A stretch of 64,000 bases of DNA from Pirellulales bacterium (GTDB lineage Bacteria; Planctomycetota; Planctomycetia; Pirellulales; JBFWUW01): assembly GCA_050247075.1 (NCBI GenBank), contig JBFWUW010000037.1, forward strand, positions 1-64,000. Reading direction: 5' to 3'. The position numbers and the translations under genes were made by a program. The first letter of the stretch is position 1, and each line of letters starts with the position of its first letter. The notes beneath the pieces were generated by a model, which saw only the letters and a list, made by a program, of their open reading frames with translations, searched no databases and was not told where the DNA came from. Shown here one piece after another: positions 43,856 to 53,474 of the stretch.

Positions 43856-46444
43856 CTACTTCGCCCCCGATTCTGGCGGTTGAACTTTTTCCAGCAGCTT
43901 CAAGAAGCGTTGTTGCAGTTCTTTGCCGCCTAGTTCCGGATGCAGCACCCGCGTGCTGTTAATGACCGTGGCCGATCGCTTGTGGTCGCCCAGCCGATAC
44001 AGTACAGCGGCCAGTTGGTATCTGGCGCGCAGCCAGCGGTCTCCACCGGCGCGGCTTTTCGTTTCCACCTCGTGCCATTTGGCCAGCGCTAACTCCAGCG
44101 TTTTGCGATCTTTGGCGGCCGACAGGGCCAGGGCATATTCTTCTTGGATCTGCCCTTCGCGCGGGTATTTCTCGGCCAAAGCGGCATAGGCCGCAATCGC
44201 TTCCGTTGTCCTGCCAGCGGCGGCATGTGCTCGGGCTTGCGCCAAGTCAATCGCCCGCTGCGCCGACTTGCCGAGTTGGCCATTGCGTCCCCCGGCCAGT
44301 CGGGCCACCCGACCTTGCAGTTCGGCCAGGGGGGCCTGTTGCTGCTTGGGTAGTTTGCCGTTCAACCCGCTTAGTTCCTCCAGCAATTGCTGCATGGCTT
44401 GGGGCCTGACGGTTTCCAGCTTGTCGACCTCGTCGCGGGCTTCGTCCAAGCGCCCTTGCCTGGCCAGGGCAGCGATCAGCAGACAGCTAGCATCGGCCCT
44501 CCAAACCACGGCTTCGTCGGTTTCATCGGCACGGGTTCCGGCCAAGGCTTCGGTCACGATTCGCTCGGCCCGCGGCACCGCGCGTTCGCCGGCGGCCAGC
44601 CACAGCCTGGCGGCGGCCAGGGCTGCCGTGCGGTCAATCTGGCCCCAGCGAGCGGGCCAGCGATTGTCGGTTCCCAAAAACAGGCTTTCAAACCAGCGGG
44701 CCCCATCATTTGCCACATTGACTGCCGCTTCCTGGTCGTTTTGAAGTTGAGCCAGCCACTTGCCGTAGCCGTACACCGCGCCGTCCACGGCTTCGGCAAA
44801 CTGCTCTTGGTCCGTAGGGACACCTCGGTAGGCCGCCACGGCCGCGGGCCAATCACCGCGGCTTTCCGCCAGTTTGGCTCGCAACATCTCGATCTGGCCG
44901 GTTGTCGATCCTTTGGGCCATTGTCGCAGATGTTCATCCAACATGGCCACGTATTCCGCCAAGGGATCTTTGCCATTGGCGGCCTTTGCGTTCGTCTTCG
45001 CGGCTTGGCCGGCGTTGTAAATGGCCAGCAGATGCGCCGCGGGTGCCTGCGATTCGTCGGGCGAAGCTAGCGACAGAGCGCGGAAGCGTTCGGCGGCGGC
45101 GGCGTGCTGCTTACGTTGATGCTCGATGCTGGCCGCCGTGTAGCCCAGTTTGAACGCTTCCTCTTGCTGGCCGTCTTGCGCTGCTTGTTGCCGAGCCCGG
45201 TCATAGGCATCGAGCGAATTATCGATCTGCCCTGCGCGATACTCCGCTTCGGCAGCGCGAATCAACACCGCCAGATCGCTGCCTCCGCCCGTCTTGGCCA
45301 CGCTGCCAGCTAACAACGATTCCGCCCTGCGAGTCCAATACGGGCCATGCAGGCGCTGGATATCATCGACCAGCGCCGAGGCTTGTTGCTCGTACCTCTT
45401 GGAGGCGGCCACATCTTGTTGTTCGGCCGCGGCCCGCCAGGCTTTCAGTTGCACGCGCAGGCTGGCGAAGGCCACTTCGGGCGCAGCAGACATGTCAGCG
45501 GCGGACAATTGATCGGCCAGTTTCAGGGCTTCCGCCAGCCGGTCTTGATCGAGGGGTAACAGAATTTGTTCCGCCAAGGCACGCTGGCGGATATCGGCGG
45601 GTGGATCGGCCGATAGAAGTGACGCCAGCCGTTCGTCCGCTTCGTCATAGTCGCGGGCCAGCCGCAAGCAGTGGACCACTTCCAACCGGCTGGGCCAATA
45701 GAGTGGATCCTCGGCATCCAGTTCGGTCAGCGGCTGCAAATGTTCTGTAGCCAATGAGAGAGCATTGTGGCGGTCGGGTGTGTCGGGCGCGTAACATTCC
45801 GCTTGATTGCGCGACACGCGAGCCAACTGGTAACGCAAATTGTTGGCCAATGCGACCAACTCCGCGCGGCTCAGAAAGCCCGGCTTGTCACGGCCGGAAT
45901 CGCCCAGTTCTCGCAAGCGATCGGCGGCCAACGTCGCACAAGCCAGCAGTTCTCGCCGGGCCGTGCTGAGATATCCGCGGGCTTCCGCCAGAGTACGCTG
46001 GTCTTGGCCGCGGACTTCGGCCTGCTGTCGAATCAACTCGCCACGCGCCAACAGCACCAACGCCGCCTGCACGCGGGCTAACAGCGCGCCGGGCGCATCG
46101 GGATGGTCCCGGGCGAAATCGGCCGGGACTTCCATGGCCCGCCGCCAAAGTGGATCTGCTTTGGGGGGTGACTCTTGCCAGGCATGCTCGGCCAACGTCC
46201 GCGAGAATTCCACGACCAGAGCGGCATGTTCTTCGATCGGTAGGCCCTGCTCGGCCAACCGCTGCTGGCAGAAAGTCTCGGCCAGGCGATAAAGCTGCCT
46301 CTGTCGCAGACCCGCCAGAAAACGCTCGTCGGCGGTATCGGCCCGCGCTGGGCAGCATGTAGCAGTCCAAGCCGCGCTGCAAAACAGAACGGCCAACCAT
46401 CTGGCTGAAAGTACGCGGCGGCAAAGTGGAATGAAATCGTTCAT
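43856..46444 (-). CDS. large secreted TPR-repeat protein
   Basis: Signal peptide MNDFIPLCRRVLSARWLAVLFCSAAWTATCCPARA followed by >800 aa of Ala/Leu/Arg-rich TPR-like helical repeats. Confidence 0.6.
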   Translation of the reverse strand: MNDFIPLCRRVLSARWLAVLFCSAAWTATCCPARADTADERFLAGLRQRQLYRLAETFCQQRLAEQGLPIEEHAALVVEFSRTLAEHAWQESPPKADPLWRRAMEVPADFARDHPDAPGALLARVQAALVLLARGELIRQQAEVRGQDQRTLAEARGYLSTARRELLACATLAADRLRELGDSGRDKPGFLSRAELVALANNLRYQLARVSRNQAECYAPDTPDRHNALSLATEHLQPLTELDAEDPLYWPSRLEVVHCLRLARDYDEADERLASLLSADPPADIRQRALAEQILLPLDQDRLAEALKLADQLSAADMSAAPEVAFASLRVQLKAWRAAAEQQDVAASKRYEQQASALVDDIQRLHGPYWTRRAESLLAGSVAKTGGGSDLAVLIRAAEAEYRAGQIDNSLDAYDRARQQAAQDGQQEEAFKLGYTAASIEHQRKQHAAAAERFRALSLASPDESQAPAAHLLAIYNAGQAAKTNAKAANGKDPLAEYVAMLDEHLRQWPKGSTTGQIEMLRAKLAESRGDWPAAVAAYRGVPTDQEQFAEAVDGAVYGYGKWLAQLQNDQEAAVNVANDGARWFESLFLGTDNRWPARWGQIDRTAALAAARLWLAAGERAVPRAERIVTEALAGTRADETDEAVVWRADASCLLIAALARQGRLDEARDEVDKLETVRPQAMQQLLEELSGLNGKLPKQQQAPLAELQGRVARLAGGRNGQLGKSAQRAIDLAQARAHAAAGRTTEAIAAYAALAEKYPREGQIQEEYALALSAAKDRKTLELALAKWHEVETKSRAGGDRWLRARYQLAAVLYRLGDHKRSATVINSTRVLHPELGGKELQQRFLKLLEKVQPPESGAK

Positions 46445-46462
46445 CCGGTGGTGAGCTAAAGG

Positions 46463-47512
46463 TTATTCACGTTTGCCGCCCGGCATGGCTTGCAGCAAGT
46501 CGCGAGCCTCTCCGGCCGAGGCATCGCCGGGATAGTTGGCCACGGCCTCTCGATAGAGCCGCGCCGCTTCGGGCATCTGGTCGAGCCGTTCAAGCGCCCG
46601 GCCAGCTTCCAACAGGGCACGCGCCCCCAGCGGCCGTTCACGCGGGTAGAGAATGGGCAGTCGCAGCAGTTCCAGCGCGCCATCCTCGAACTGTTGTTGC
46701 TGGATCAACGCCCGGCCCAACAGATAGGTTGGACCCGCGGCTAGCGATTCGGGCAGCCGGTCCAGCAGATTTCGCCAGTCGGCCAGTTGTTTGTTGTTGG
46801 TGGAAGCGATCTGCCTCCGCCAAAGCTGGGCGCGGGCCAACATGGCAATGCGGGGGTCTTCGTGATCGCTCAGGTGCTGCAAGCGGTTGGCCGCGGCCGC
46901 CCCTTGCGAAGACAACAACAGATGGCTGGCACCCAGCAGCATGGCAACTGGTTGGCTGTCTTGCTCTATCCAGCGGCGGGCCTTTTGTTCTAGTTCCACT
47001 CCGGATACGCCGGGCAGCCAGGCCAGGGGGATGCAATCGAAGAAGGGCGTGTCGGCATCACTCTTGGTCAGAATAAGAAACTGCTCGCCAGCCGCGGCCT
47101 CTTGGCCCAACGACTTCAAGCTCCAAACCGTCTGAGCCACAATCCGCCGCCGGGCCCAGGTACGTTTGTCAGTATTGCGGGCTAGCTCGTACAACGCGGC
47201 AGCCTGGTCGTATCGCCCCTGGGCGAACGCCTCGTCCGCGGCGGTTTCTTCTTTTGTGTGCTGTGTTTCGATCCGGATTACTCGATTGGCAGGCAGCAGT
47301 TTTTGCCTGCCATTCGCTTGTTGCAGGGTCAGTTCGCGTCCGTTGTAGTCCAGGATCTCACCGCGAAGTATGGTTCGTCCGCGGCCATCATTGCCTGTCG
47401 CCAGATGGACGACATCGCTCTGCGCCAACAGCGGTGCCGCCATGCATAGCGACCATGCCGCCGCGACCCAGGCAGTTACGATAGCCAGGAAATTGTTGGT
47501 CGATCTTTCCAT
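46463..47512 (-). CDS. secreted TPR-repeat protein
   Basis: Internal start MERSTNNFLAIVTAWVAAAWSLCMAAPLLAQS (signal peptide) and TPR-like helices. 19-nt gap to the downstream TPR gene. Confidence 0.55.
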   Translation of the reverse strand: MERSTNNFLAIVTAWVAAAWSLCMAAPLLAQSDVVHLATGNDGRGRTILRGEILDYNGRELTLQQANGRQKLLPANRVIRIETQHTKEETAADEAFAQGRYDQAAALYELARNTDKRTWARRRIVAQTVWSLKSLGQEAAAGEQFLILTKSDADTPFFDCIPLAWLPGVSGVELEQKARRWIEQDSQPVAMLLGASHLLLSSQGAAAANRLQHLSDHEDPRIAMLARAQLWRRQIASTNNKQLADWRNLLDRLPESLAAGPTYLLGRALIQQQQFEDGALELLRLPILYPRERPLGARALLEAGRALERLDQMPEAARLYREAVANYPGDASAGEARDLLQAMPGGKRE

Positions 47513-47618
47513 GACCGTTGGTGCTAGCGGTGATAAAGCCCTTGGTTTAACTATACCGCGCTGGCCCGCATTGCAGACACCCCAAGTCCGCCAGCACACT
47601 TCCGCGAACACCGAATCG

Positions 47619-48083
47619 TCAATCGGCGATGATGTCGTCCAGACGCGTCACGCCGACCAGATCGCGGCGGTTGACCCAAGTTTGCCGTCGATTGGGTGTC
47701 ACGCCGTGCAGCCGACAGTCGAGGACGTATTTCTCGCGGCTGGTACTGGTGTCGCGCAGGTCATGGGCATCAACATCCTCTAGCACCAGGTAATCGGCTT
47801 CATCCTTGGTTAATCGGCCGATGTAAACCCAAGGGCTGGCCAGATCGAGGACCACAATCTGGCCGATCAATTCGCTAGCGGGGGTCATGGTAGCATCGCT
47901 TAAGGCTTGGTACGGCAAATCACGCACTGCAGGGCCGACAGGTTCCTCCCAGCCTAGGCACGGCCTCCGCTTCCGGCAAGCGCGGACCACGTTCCAGAGG
48001 AGAACGCCAGCAACGAAAGCAGCCTTGTTGGCCTGTGCCTGGCCGGGCCGGTTTGATACTGTCCCCCGCCCGAAGTAGCCCAA
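47619..48083 (-). CDS. small hypothetical protein (start uncertain; possibly the internal ATG at ~47888)
   Basis: ...MTPASELIGQIVVLDLASPWVYIGRLTKDEADYLVLEDVDAHDLRD... It lies upstream and co-directional with the two TPR genes. Confidence 0.3.
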   Translation of the reverse strand: MGYFGRGTVSNRPGQAQANKAAFVAGVLLWNVVRACRKRRPCLGWEEPVGPAVRDLPYQALSDATMTPASELIGQIVVLDLASPWVYIGRLTKDEADYLVLEDVDAHDLRDTSTSREKYVLDCRLHGVTPNRRQTWVNRRDLVGVTRLDDIIAD

Positions 48084-48095
48084 AAGTAAGGTGAG

Positions 48096-49718
48096 ATGAA
48101 GGAATTGGTTCCCGCCAGCCGTGGAAGGCGCTTCCTCGTACTCATCCTATCCATCGCAGTGGGATTAGAACCGATGACGCGAAGAATCCGAACGCCGATT
48201 TGCCTGTTGGCCCTGTTCATCCTGGCCGGTTGCGGCAGCGCGGCGCGCAGCCCCATGAGTGACCGCTCATCGTCGGATCGCGAGTCGGACGAACCTCAGG
48301 CATGTTCGGCCATGCCCGATGAAGAAACAGGCTCCTCGCCGACCACCATGGGCGACGGCGAAACGTCCCGGTCGATTGCCCCTGAAATGGGCGTCAAGGC
48401 GCAAGGGGCCGATCATAGTGAACCGCGCAGCGCCGCTCCGCCAGAGGATTACTCCGGTTACGACACGCGCGCCATGCCTTACACCGCGCCGCCCCCCGAG
48501 GATCATGTCGTCGTGAAGGTCTTTTACGGCACCGACCGCCGACCCATGAGCCAACCGCTGGTGACAGGTCGTACTTATGTCGAGAGGTTTCTGCCTCTGG
48601 CGCTGGCCGCCGCGCTGACCGCGCTGGCGCTGTTTCTGTCGCCGCGCTTGCTCAAGCAGCGGCTTAGCCCGCACTGGACGCTGCTGGGAGTCGCCTCGTC
48701 GGTGCTGCTCGGTTTGAGCGGGGCGTGGTCTTGTTGGAAACTGCATCTGGACTACATCCAACCTCGCAACGACTACGGCAATGGGCGCGGCGATTTGACC
48801 GTGGGTGTATGCGACGTGACCATTCCGCTGGCACACGACCCGGGCGAGTTGGAAACACCTTCGCTGCTGCGGCTGGAGTTTCGCCCCGACCCCAGCAAGC
48901 ATATCGTTCTGCACAGTGTAACCCCCCTGGATATGGACGAGTTTTACGCCCAAATGCAGTTCCAGGTGAACACTTCGTCCGGCCACGATGTACTGGTATT
49001 TGTGCATGGCTTTGACAATACCTACGAGAACGCGGTGCGGCGAACGGCGCAGATTGCCTACGATTTGAAGTTCACCGGGGCGGCCGTCTGTTACAGTTGG
49101 CCGTCGCAGGGTGGACTGTTCAAGTATTTTGTCGATGAGGCCAATGTCGAATCGACTATTCCTCATCTGCAAGCATTTTTGCGCGATATCGCCGCCAGGT
49201 CTGACGCCCAAAGAATCCACCTGATTGCCCACAGTATGGGCAATCGGGCGTTGACCGGCGCGTTGCGGGCGTTGGCCCAGGAGATCAAGCGGCCTGCTTT
49301 CAACGAAGTGATTCTTACCGCGCCCGATGTCGATGCCACGGTGTTTAAGCGCGACATCGTGCCTGCCATTGGCGTCATTGCCCAACGCACAACCTTGTAT
49401 GCCTCGTCCAATGATCGGGCGCTGTTCATCTCACGCAAGATACATGGCCAGCCGCGGGCGGGCGATTCGGGACAAGCCCTGATTGTGTTACCAGGCTTGG
49501 ACACCGTGGATGTTTCAGCGGTCGATACCAGCTTGCTGGGCCACTCGTACTATGGCAGTAACGAGTCGGTATTGGCCGACATCTACGAGTTGATCCATGC
49601 GGGCCAGGCACCCGCCAACCGGCGTTGGCTGCGGCAGGTCCAAGCGGAAACGTTGCCTTACTGGATTTTTGGAGAAGCTACGGCAATAGCCCGCCCGGAC
49701 CAGCCTATGACACGCTAG
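48096..49718 (+). CDS. alpha/beta-hydrolase of the DUF900 family, membrane-anchored/lipoprotein
   Basis: VFVHGFDNTYENAVRRTAQIAYDL...VCYSWPSQG...IAHSMGNRAL (GxSxG-like nucleophile elbow HSMGN). SD aaggtgag upstream of ATG 48096. An internal lipobox LAGC follows the alternative start 48174. Confidence 0.7.
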   Translation: MKELVPASRGRRFLVLILSIAVGLEPMTRRIRTPICLLALFILAGCGSAARSPMSDRSSSDRESDEPQACSAMPDEETGSSPTTMGDGETSRSIAPEMGVKAQGADHSEPRSAAPPEDYSGYDTRAMPYTAPPPEDHVVVKVFYGTDRRPMSQPLVTGRTYVERFLPLALAAALTALALFLSPRLLKQRLSPHWTLLGVASSVLLGLSGAWSCWKLHLDYIQPRNDYGNGRGDLTVGVCDVTIPLAHDPGELETPSLLRLEFRPDPSKHIVLHSVTPLDMDEFYAQMQFQVNTSSGHDVLVFVHGFDNTYENAVRRTAQIAYDLKFTGAAVCYSWPSQGGLFKYFVDEANVESTIPHLQAFLRDIAARSDAQRIHLIAHSMGNRALTGALRALAQEIKRPAFNEVILTAPDVDATVFKRDIVPAIGVIAQRTTLYASSNDRALFISRKIHGQPRAGDSGQALIVLPGLDTVDVSAVDTSLLGHSYYGSNESVLADIYELIHAGQAPANRRWLRQVQAETLPYWIFGEATAIARPDQPMTR

Positions 49719-49835
49719 GTCTTGGGATCTCCCAGCGTGGGTGATGAAGTCAGAAGGGTGAGACAAGCGGAATTCTATCCGACCAAACACAATCGGTTTG
49801 GCCGCAATGTTCCACCAATTGCGGTGACCCCGGCC

Positions 49836-50867
49836 TTAAAACCGGCGTGGGCCGGCTTGTTGTTCTGGTTCGGGGGCCACAATTTGCGAGGCGAACTCCG
49901 CCTTAAGCTGCTCGGTCAGCCGGTCAGGGCCGAAGGCTTCCACCTGGTTTAATTCGCCGACGGCTTGTCGCGGATAGCCCAGGTATCCGTACAGATAGGC
50001 CAGCAGCAGGCGGGCCTGGGAATCGCGCGGGTTGTCGTCTAGGTACCCTTCTAACGCGCGCAGTTCTTGCTGAAAGAGGCCGCCGTTGGGGTAGATCACG
50101 CGGAAGTTGCGCACCACCTTGCCCCACTCCTGGCTGGCCAAACCGGGCAACGTGCGGCGCAATTCAGCCACTGCTTGTTCGTAGCGTTGCAAGGCGAATA
50201 AGGCTTGCGCGCGCAACAATCCCGCGGCAGCCAATCCAGGCTGCGTGTCGTCAACGCGGTCCATCTCATCCAGCACTGCCTCGTACTGTTGGACGCGAAA
50301 CGCGGCGACGGCGTTTTCCAACTCAGCCGGAACCGCCACGCCGACGGCGGGCCGAGGCATAATCGGATCGGTCGTCGGCCCTGCGACTGGATAGTAACTG
50401 GGCGGCGGCGCGGGACCGTAGTCGGGCGGACGACGGTCGTAGGCGGGACCATAGGTGTAACTGTTGGGGCCAGTCGGCTGAATCTCGTAACCCGCGGGCT
50501 GCTCGACCGGGTTGTCGTAACGATAGCCGTAAATGACTCCTGGCCAGACTGCCCAAGGTTCAAACACGCCATCGCCGTATAGTGTCGGCCCGAGCCCGCC
50601 GGTGATGGTGGGTTGCGTGGGAGAGAATCGCCCGCCCAAACCTGGAGGATCGGCATACAACCAGCGACGATCCGCCAGACCGGCCCGATAGCGAATGTAG
50701 TCTTGTTGGCCAATTTGGCCGGCAATGGCACGCTGGCGCTGGTTTTCGCCCACCTGGGCGGCTTGTTCGCCAGCCGTGATGGAATTAAGCGGGGTTGGTC
50801 CAGGTTGTGCGTATGATTGGCCAACCCACGCCCATGCCAGCAGTGCCACAACGAGGCATCGTTTCAT
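49836..50867 (-). CDS. secreted protein with Pro/Tyr/Gly-rich low-complexity middle region and C-terminal TPR-like helical domain
   Basis: Internal start MKRCLVVALLAWAWVGQSYAQP (signal). ...GYEIQPTGPNSYTYGPAYDRRPPDYGPAPPPSYYPVAGP... C-terminal helical repeats. Confidence 0.5.
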   Translation of the reverse strand: MKRCLVVALLAWAWVGQSYAQPGPTPLNSITAGEQAAQVGENQRQRAIAGQIGQQDYIRYRAGLADRRWLYADPPGLGGRFSPTQPTITGGLGPTLYGDGVFEPWAVWPGVIYGYRYDNPVEQPAGYEIQPTGPNSYTYGPAYDRRPPDYGPAPPPSYYPVAGPTTDPIMPRPAVGVAVPAELENAVAAFRVQQYEAVLDEMDRVDDTQPGLAAAGLLRAQALFALQRYEQAVAELRRTLPGLASQEWGKVVRNFRVIYPNGGLFQQELRALEGYLDDNPRDSQARLLLAYLYGYLGYPRQAVGELNQVEAFGPDRLTEQLKAEFASQIVAPEPEQQAGPRRF

Positions 50868-51033
50868 GGCGTTCCTTCTCCTGCACAAGAATCCGCGGTC
50901 CCCCCGGCCGCTACCCGCATTATACCGCCTGCCGCCGCTGGAGCGAAGAAAATGGAATGCTAGCACCGCAGCCAGTCACTTTGGACGACTGAACTTGACG
51001 TTGGGGGCCAACCGCACGACACTCTCCGCCCGT

Positions 51034-52218
51034 ATGCGCATACTTACCCGATATGTAATCGCCGAGTACTTCAAAGCCTTTTTGCTGACGCTGACCGCGC
51101 TGACCACGTTCATGCTGCTGGTGGGCATCGTCAAACAGGCCTATGAGGAAAGCTTGGGAATTGCGCAGATCCTTCGGATCTTGCCCTTCTTCGTCCCAGA
51201 GGCCTTGCGGTTCTCCATGCCGGGATCGGCCTTGTTTGCCGCCTGCAGCATGTATGGCCGCATGTCGGGGGGCAACGAGATTGTTTCGCTCAAATCGCTG
51301 GGGATCAGCCCTTGGGTGGTGATTTGGCCGGTCTGCCTGATTAACCTCGTGCTTAGCCTGTCCACGGTCTGGCTGAATGACATGGCGGTGACATGGGGCT
51401 TTCACGGTGTACGCCGCGTGGTCTTGGAAGCGATGGACGATATCGCTTACAGCCGGCTGCGGACGCAGCGCTCGTACAGTTCGCCGCAGTTCTCCATCAA
51501 CGTTAAGCGAGTTGAGGGGCGACGGCTGATCCAGACGACGATCAGCTTTCAGGGGCACGGCAATTCGCCCGCAGGCACCATTCAGGCGGAAGAGGCCGAA
51601 TTGGATGTCAACGTGGCCCGCGGCACGTTGGCCATCCGCTGCCGAAACGCCGTAGTCGATTTCATGGGCGAGGCCACGGCACGGCTGCCGGTCATCGAAC
51701 GCGAAATCTCCCTGGTCGAAGCGCACGGCTCGAACAGTGCCGATTCCTTGCCGGCCCGCATGCCGATGAGCGAGCTTCCCGAGAAGGCCGTGGCCGCCGC
51801 CGAAGCTTTGCAAAGCCGGTTGCAACAGTCCGCGGTGAAGGCCGCCTGTATGATGCTCTCGGGAGAGAACCAAACGCTCGTCGGGCAGGAGTGGGCTACG
51901 TTGCAAACGCAGCGGGAATTTCAGTTCAGCCATCTCAGCCGTTTACGGATAGAAGCGCCCAGGCGCTGGGCCAATGGCATGAGTTGCCTGTGCTTCATGT
52001 GGATCGGAGCCCCCATGGCCATCCGGCTGCGGAACTCCGACGTATTGCAGACCATGTTCCGCTGTTTCCTGCCGATCTTGTTCGCGTTTTACCCGTTGTT
52101 GATGATGGGCGTCGACCAAGGCAAACGCGGCGCGCTTCCTCCTTATTGCGTCTGGTCGGGGAATGTGGTGCTGGCGCTGTGGGGCTGCTGGCTGCTGCGC
52201 CGCGTGATGCGGTATTAG
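51034..52218 (+). CDS. LptF/LptG family permease (YjgP/YjgQ)
   Basis: MRILTRYVIAEYFKAFLLTLTALTTFMLLVGIV... is the characteristic N-terminus, with a 6-TM topology and a periplasmic beta-jellyroll insert. Start at the internal ATG 51034. Confidence 0.8.
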   Translation: MRILTRYVIAEYFKAFLLTLTALTTFMLLVGIVKQAYEESLGIAQILRILPFFVPEALRFSMPGSALFAACSMYGRMSGGNEIVSLKSLGISPWVVIWPVCLINLVLSLSTVWLNDMAVTWGFHGVRRVVLEAMDDIAYSRLRTQRSYSSPQFSINVKRVEGRRLIQTTISFQGHGNSPAGTIQAEEAELDVNVARGTLAIRCRNAVVDFMGEATARLPVIEREISLVEAHGSNSADSLPARMPMSELPEKAVAAAEALQSRLQQSAVKAACMMLSGENQTLVGQEWATLQTQREFQFSHLSRLRIEAPRRWANGMSCLCFMWIGAPMAIRLRNSDVLQTMFRCFLPILFAFYPLLMMGVDQGKRGALPPYCVWSGNVVLALWGCWLLRRVMRY

Positions 52219-52254
52219 AAACGGCTCATTCAAGCATGGAAGGCACCGACACGA

Positions 52255-53337
52255 CTACGGTTGCGGCAGAACTTCTGCCGCGGGCTGGGCCAGGTTCTTG
52301 GCGATGCCGGCCAGGTGCGCATCGCTATCTTGCAACATACGGGCAGCTTCTTCTAGAAATGCCGCGGCACGTTGCCGCTGGCCATCGAAGTACAGCTCCA
52401 AGCCAACCAGCAAGATCAGATCACTGCTGTCGGGTTGTTTGTCGGCTGCTTCCGCCAGCGATTCCAGGTGCGACTGTTTGGCGATTTTGAGGTCGCCATA
52501 AAGTTCCGCCAGATCCAGGGCGGCCTCGGCCATGTTAGGTTCCAGCTTCAGCCCGCGTTTGAAGGCCGTGGCGGCAATGGTGTACTCACCCTGGGCGACC
52601 ATCGCCTGGCCCTGCCGAAACCAGGTTTCCGGGACGTCGGGCGCGGCCTCGGATGCGTTCTTGTAGCGCTGGTTCGCCTGGCGAAACTCTTGCTTGACGA
52701 AATACTTGTCGCCGAGATTGATCCACCGCCAGGCCCGACTGACCGACTCAGGATTCGAGACACGCACCTTGGGCCTGCCTGCCGGTTTGTCTCGCGGTAG
52801 CGCCGCTTGGGGCAGGTTGATTACATTCACCTGGGGCGGCGGCGGATTGACACCCAGCCCCTCGGGGTTCCACAACCCTTGCAGATTCGGTCCCCATAGT
52901 TCATTGGCCGAATAGATCGCCGGACGGCCAAAGTAATACGAATAATTGGAATAGCCAAAAGGATAGCCCGCGCCGATACCGTAAGGATAGCCGTAACCGT
53001 ACCCGCCGTAATACGGTACAGGTCCGATCGTTCCGAAAAAGGCCCCATAGCCAGGCCCGCCATAATAGCCCGGTCCGCTACCGTAATAGCCGGTGCCGGA
53101 CGAATAATAGCCACTGTTGCCGCCGCTGTAGTACAGGCCGCCAAACCTGCGCCCGTTATTGGGGAGAAAATCGGCGTACCGGCGGGACGACGGATCGTGA
53201 ACCTCGGCCTGGCTGTAGCCCGGCACGATCTGGTCGCCCAACGTGCGGCGTCCGCGCTGGGCGGCAGCTTCGCGCGTTATGGCACCGCTAACCGCTACCA
53301 CAAATAACGCCAACAGCAAGCGACTGGCAAGCGACAT
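52255..53337 (-). CDS. secreted protein with Gly/Tyr-rich low-complexity region and C-terminal TPR-like domain
   Basis: Start MSLASRLLLALFVVAVSGAITREAAAQ (signal). ..GGLYYSGGNSGYYSSGTGYYGSGPGYYGGPGYGAFFG..YYGGYGYGYPYGIGAGYPFGYSNYSYYFG.. C-terminal helical repeats. Confidence 0.5.
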   Translation of the reverse strand: MSLASRLLLALFVVAVSGAITREAAAQRGRRTLGDQIVPGYSQAEVHDPSSRRYADFLPNNGRRFGGLYYSGGNSGYYSSGTGYYGSGPGYYGGPGYGAFFGTIGPVPYYGGYGYGYPYGIGAGYPFGYSNYSYYFGRPAIYSANELWGPNLQGLWNPEGLGVNPPPPQVNVINLPQAALPRDKPAGRPKVRVSNPESVSRAWRWINLGDKYFVKQEFRQANQRYKNASEAAPDVPETWFRQGQAMVAQGEYTIAATAFKRGLKLEPNMAEAALDLAELYGDLKIAKQSHLESLAEAADKQPDSSDLILLVGLELYFDGQRQRAAAFLEEAARMLQDSDAHLAGIAKNLAQPAAEVLPQP

Positions 53338-53415
53338 GGCAAAACCCTCCATCTCCGGTTCCGGCCGAGAAATGCTCCAGGTCTTATTATCACCTGAATC
53401 GGGCCATCCGGCAAA

Positions 53416-53474
53416 TCTTGTAGCAGGCGATTTCTTGTAGGAGGCGATTTCTTGTAGGAGGCGATTCCATCGCC
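53416..53474 (+). repeat. three tandem 17-nt repeats tcttgtag(c/g)aggcgatt ending in the palindrome GGCGATTCCATCGCC (variant of the GTAGGAGG-palindrome element)
   Basis: atcttgtagcaggcgatt-tcttgtaggaggcgatt-tcttgtaggaggcgatt-ccatcgcc, upstream of the GY-rich protein gene but written on the opposite strand. Confidence 0.7.

Noticed and set aside
50725-51033. N-terminal 103-codon extension of the LptF/G ORF and the overlapping 50795..50992 ORF
   Set aside because: The extension overlaps the convergent PY-rich protein gene start region and has no membrane-protein character. The conserved LptF/G N-terminus MRILTRYV begins at 51034.
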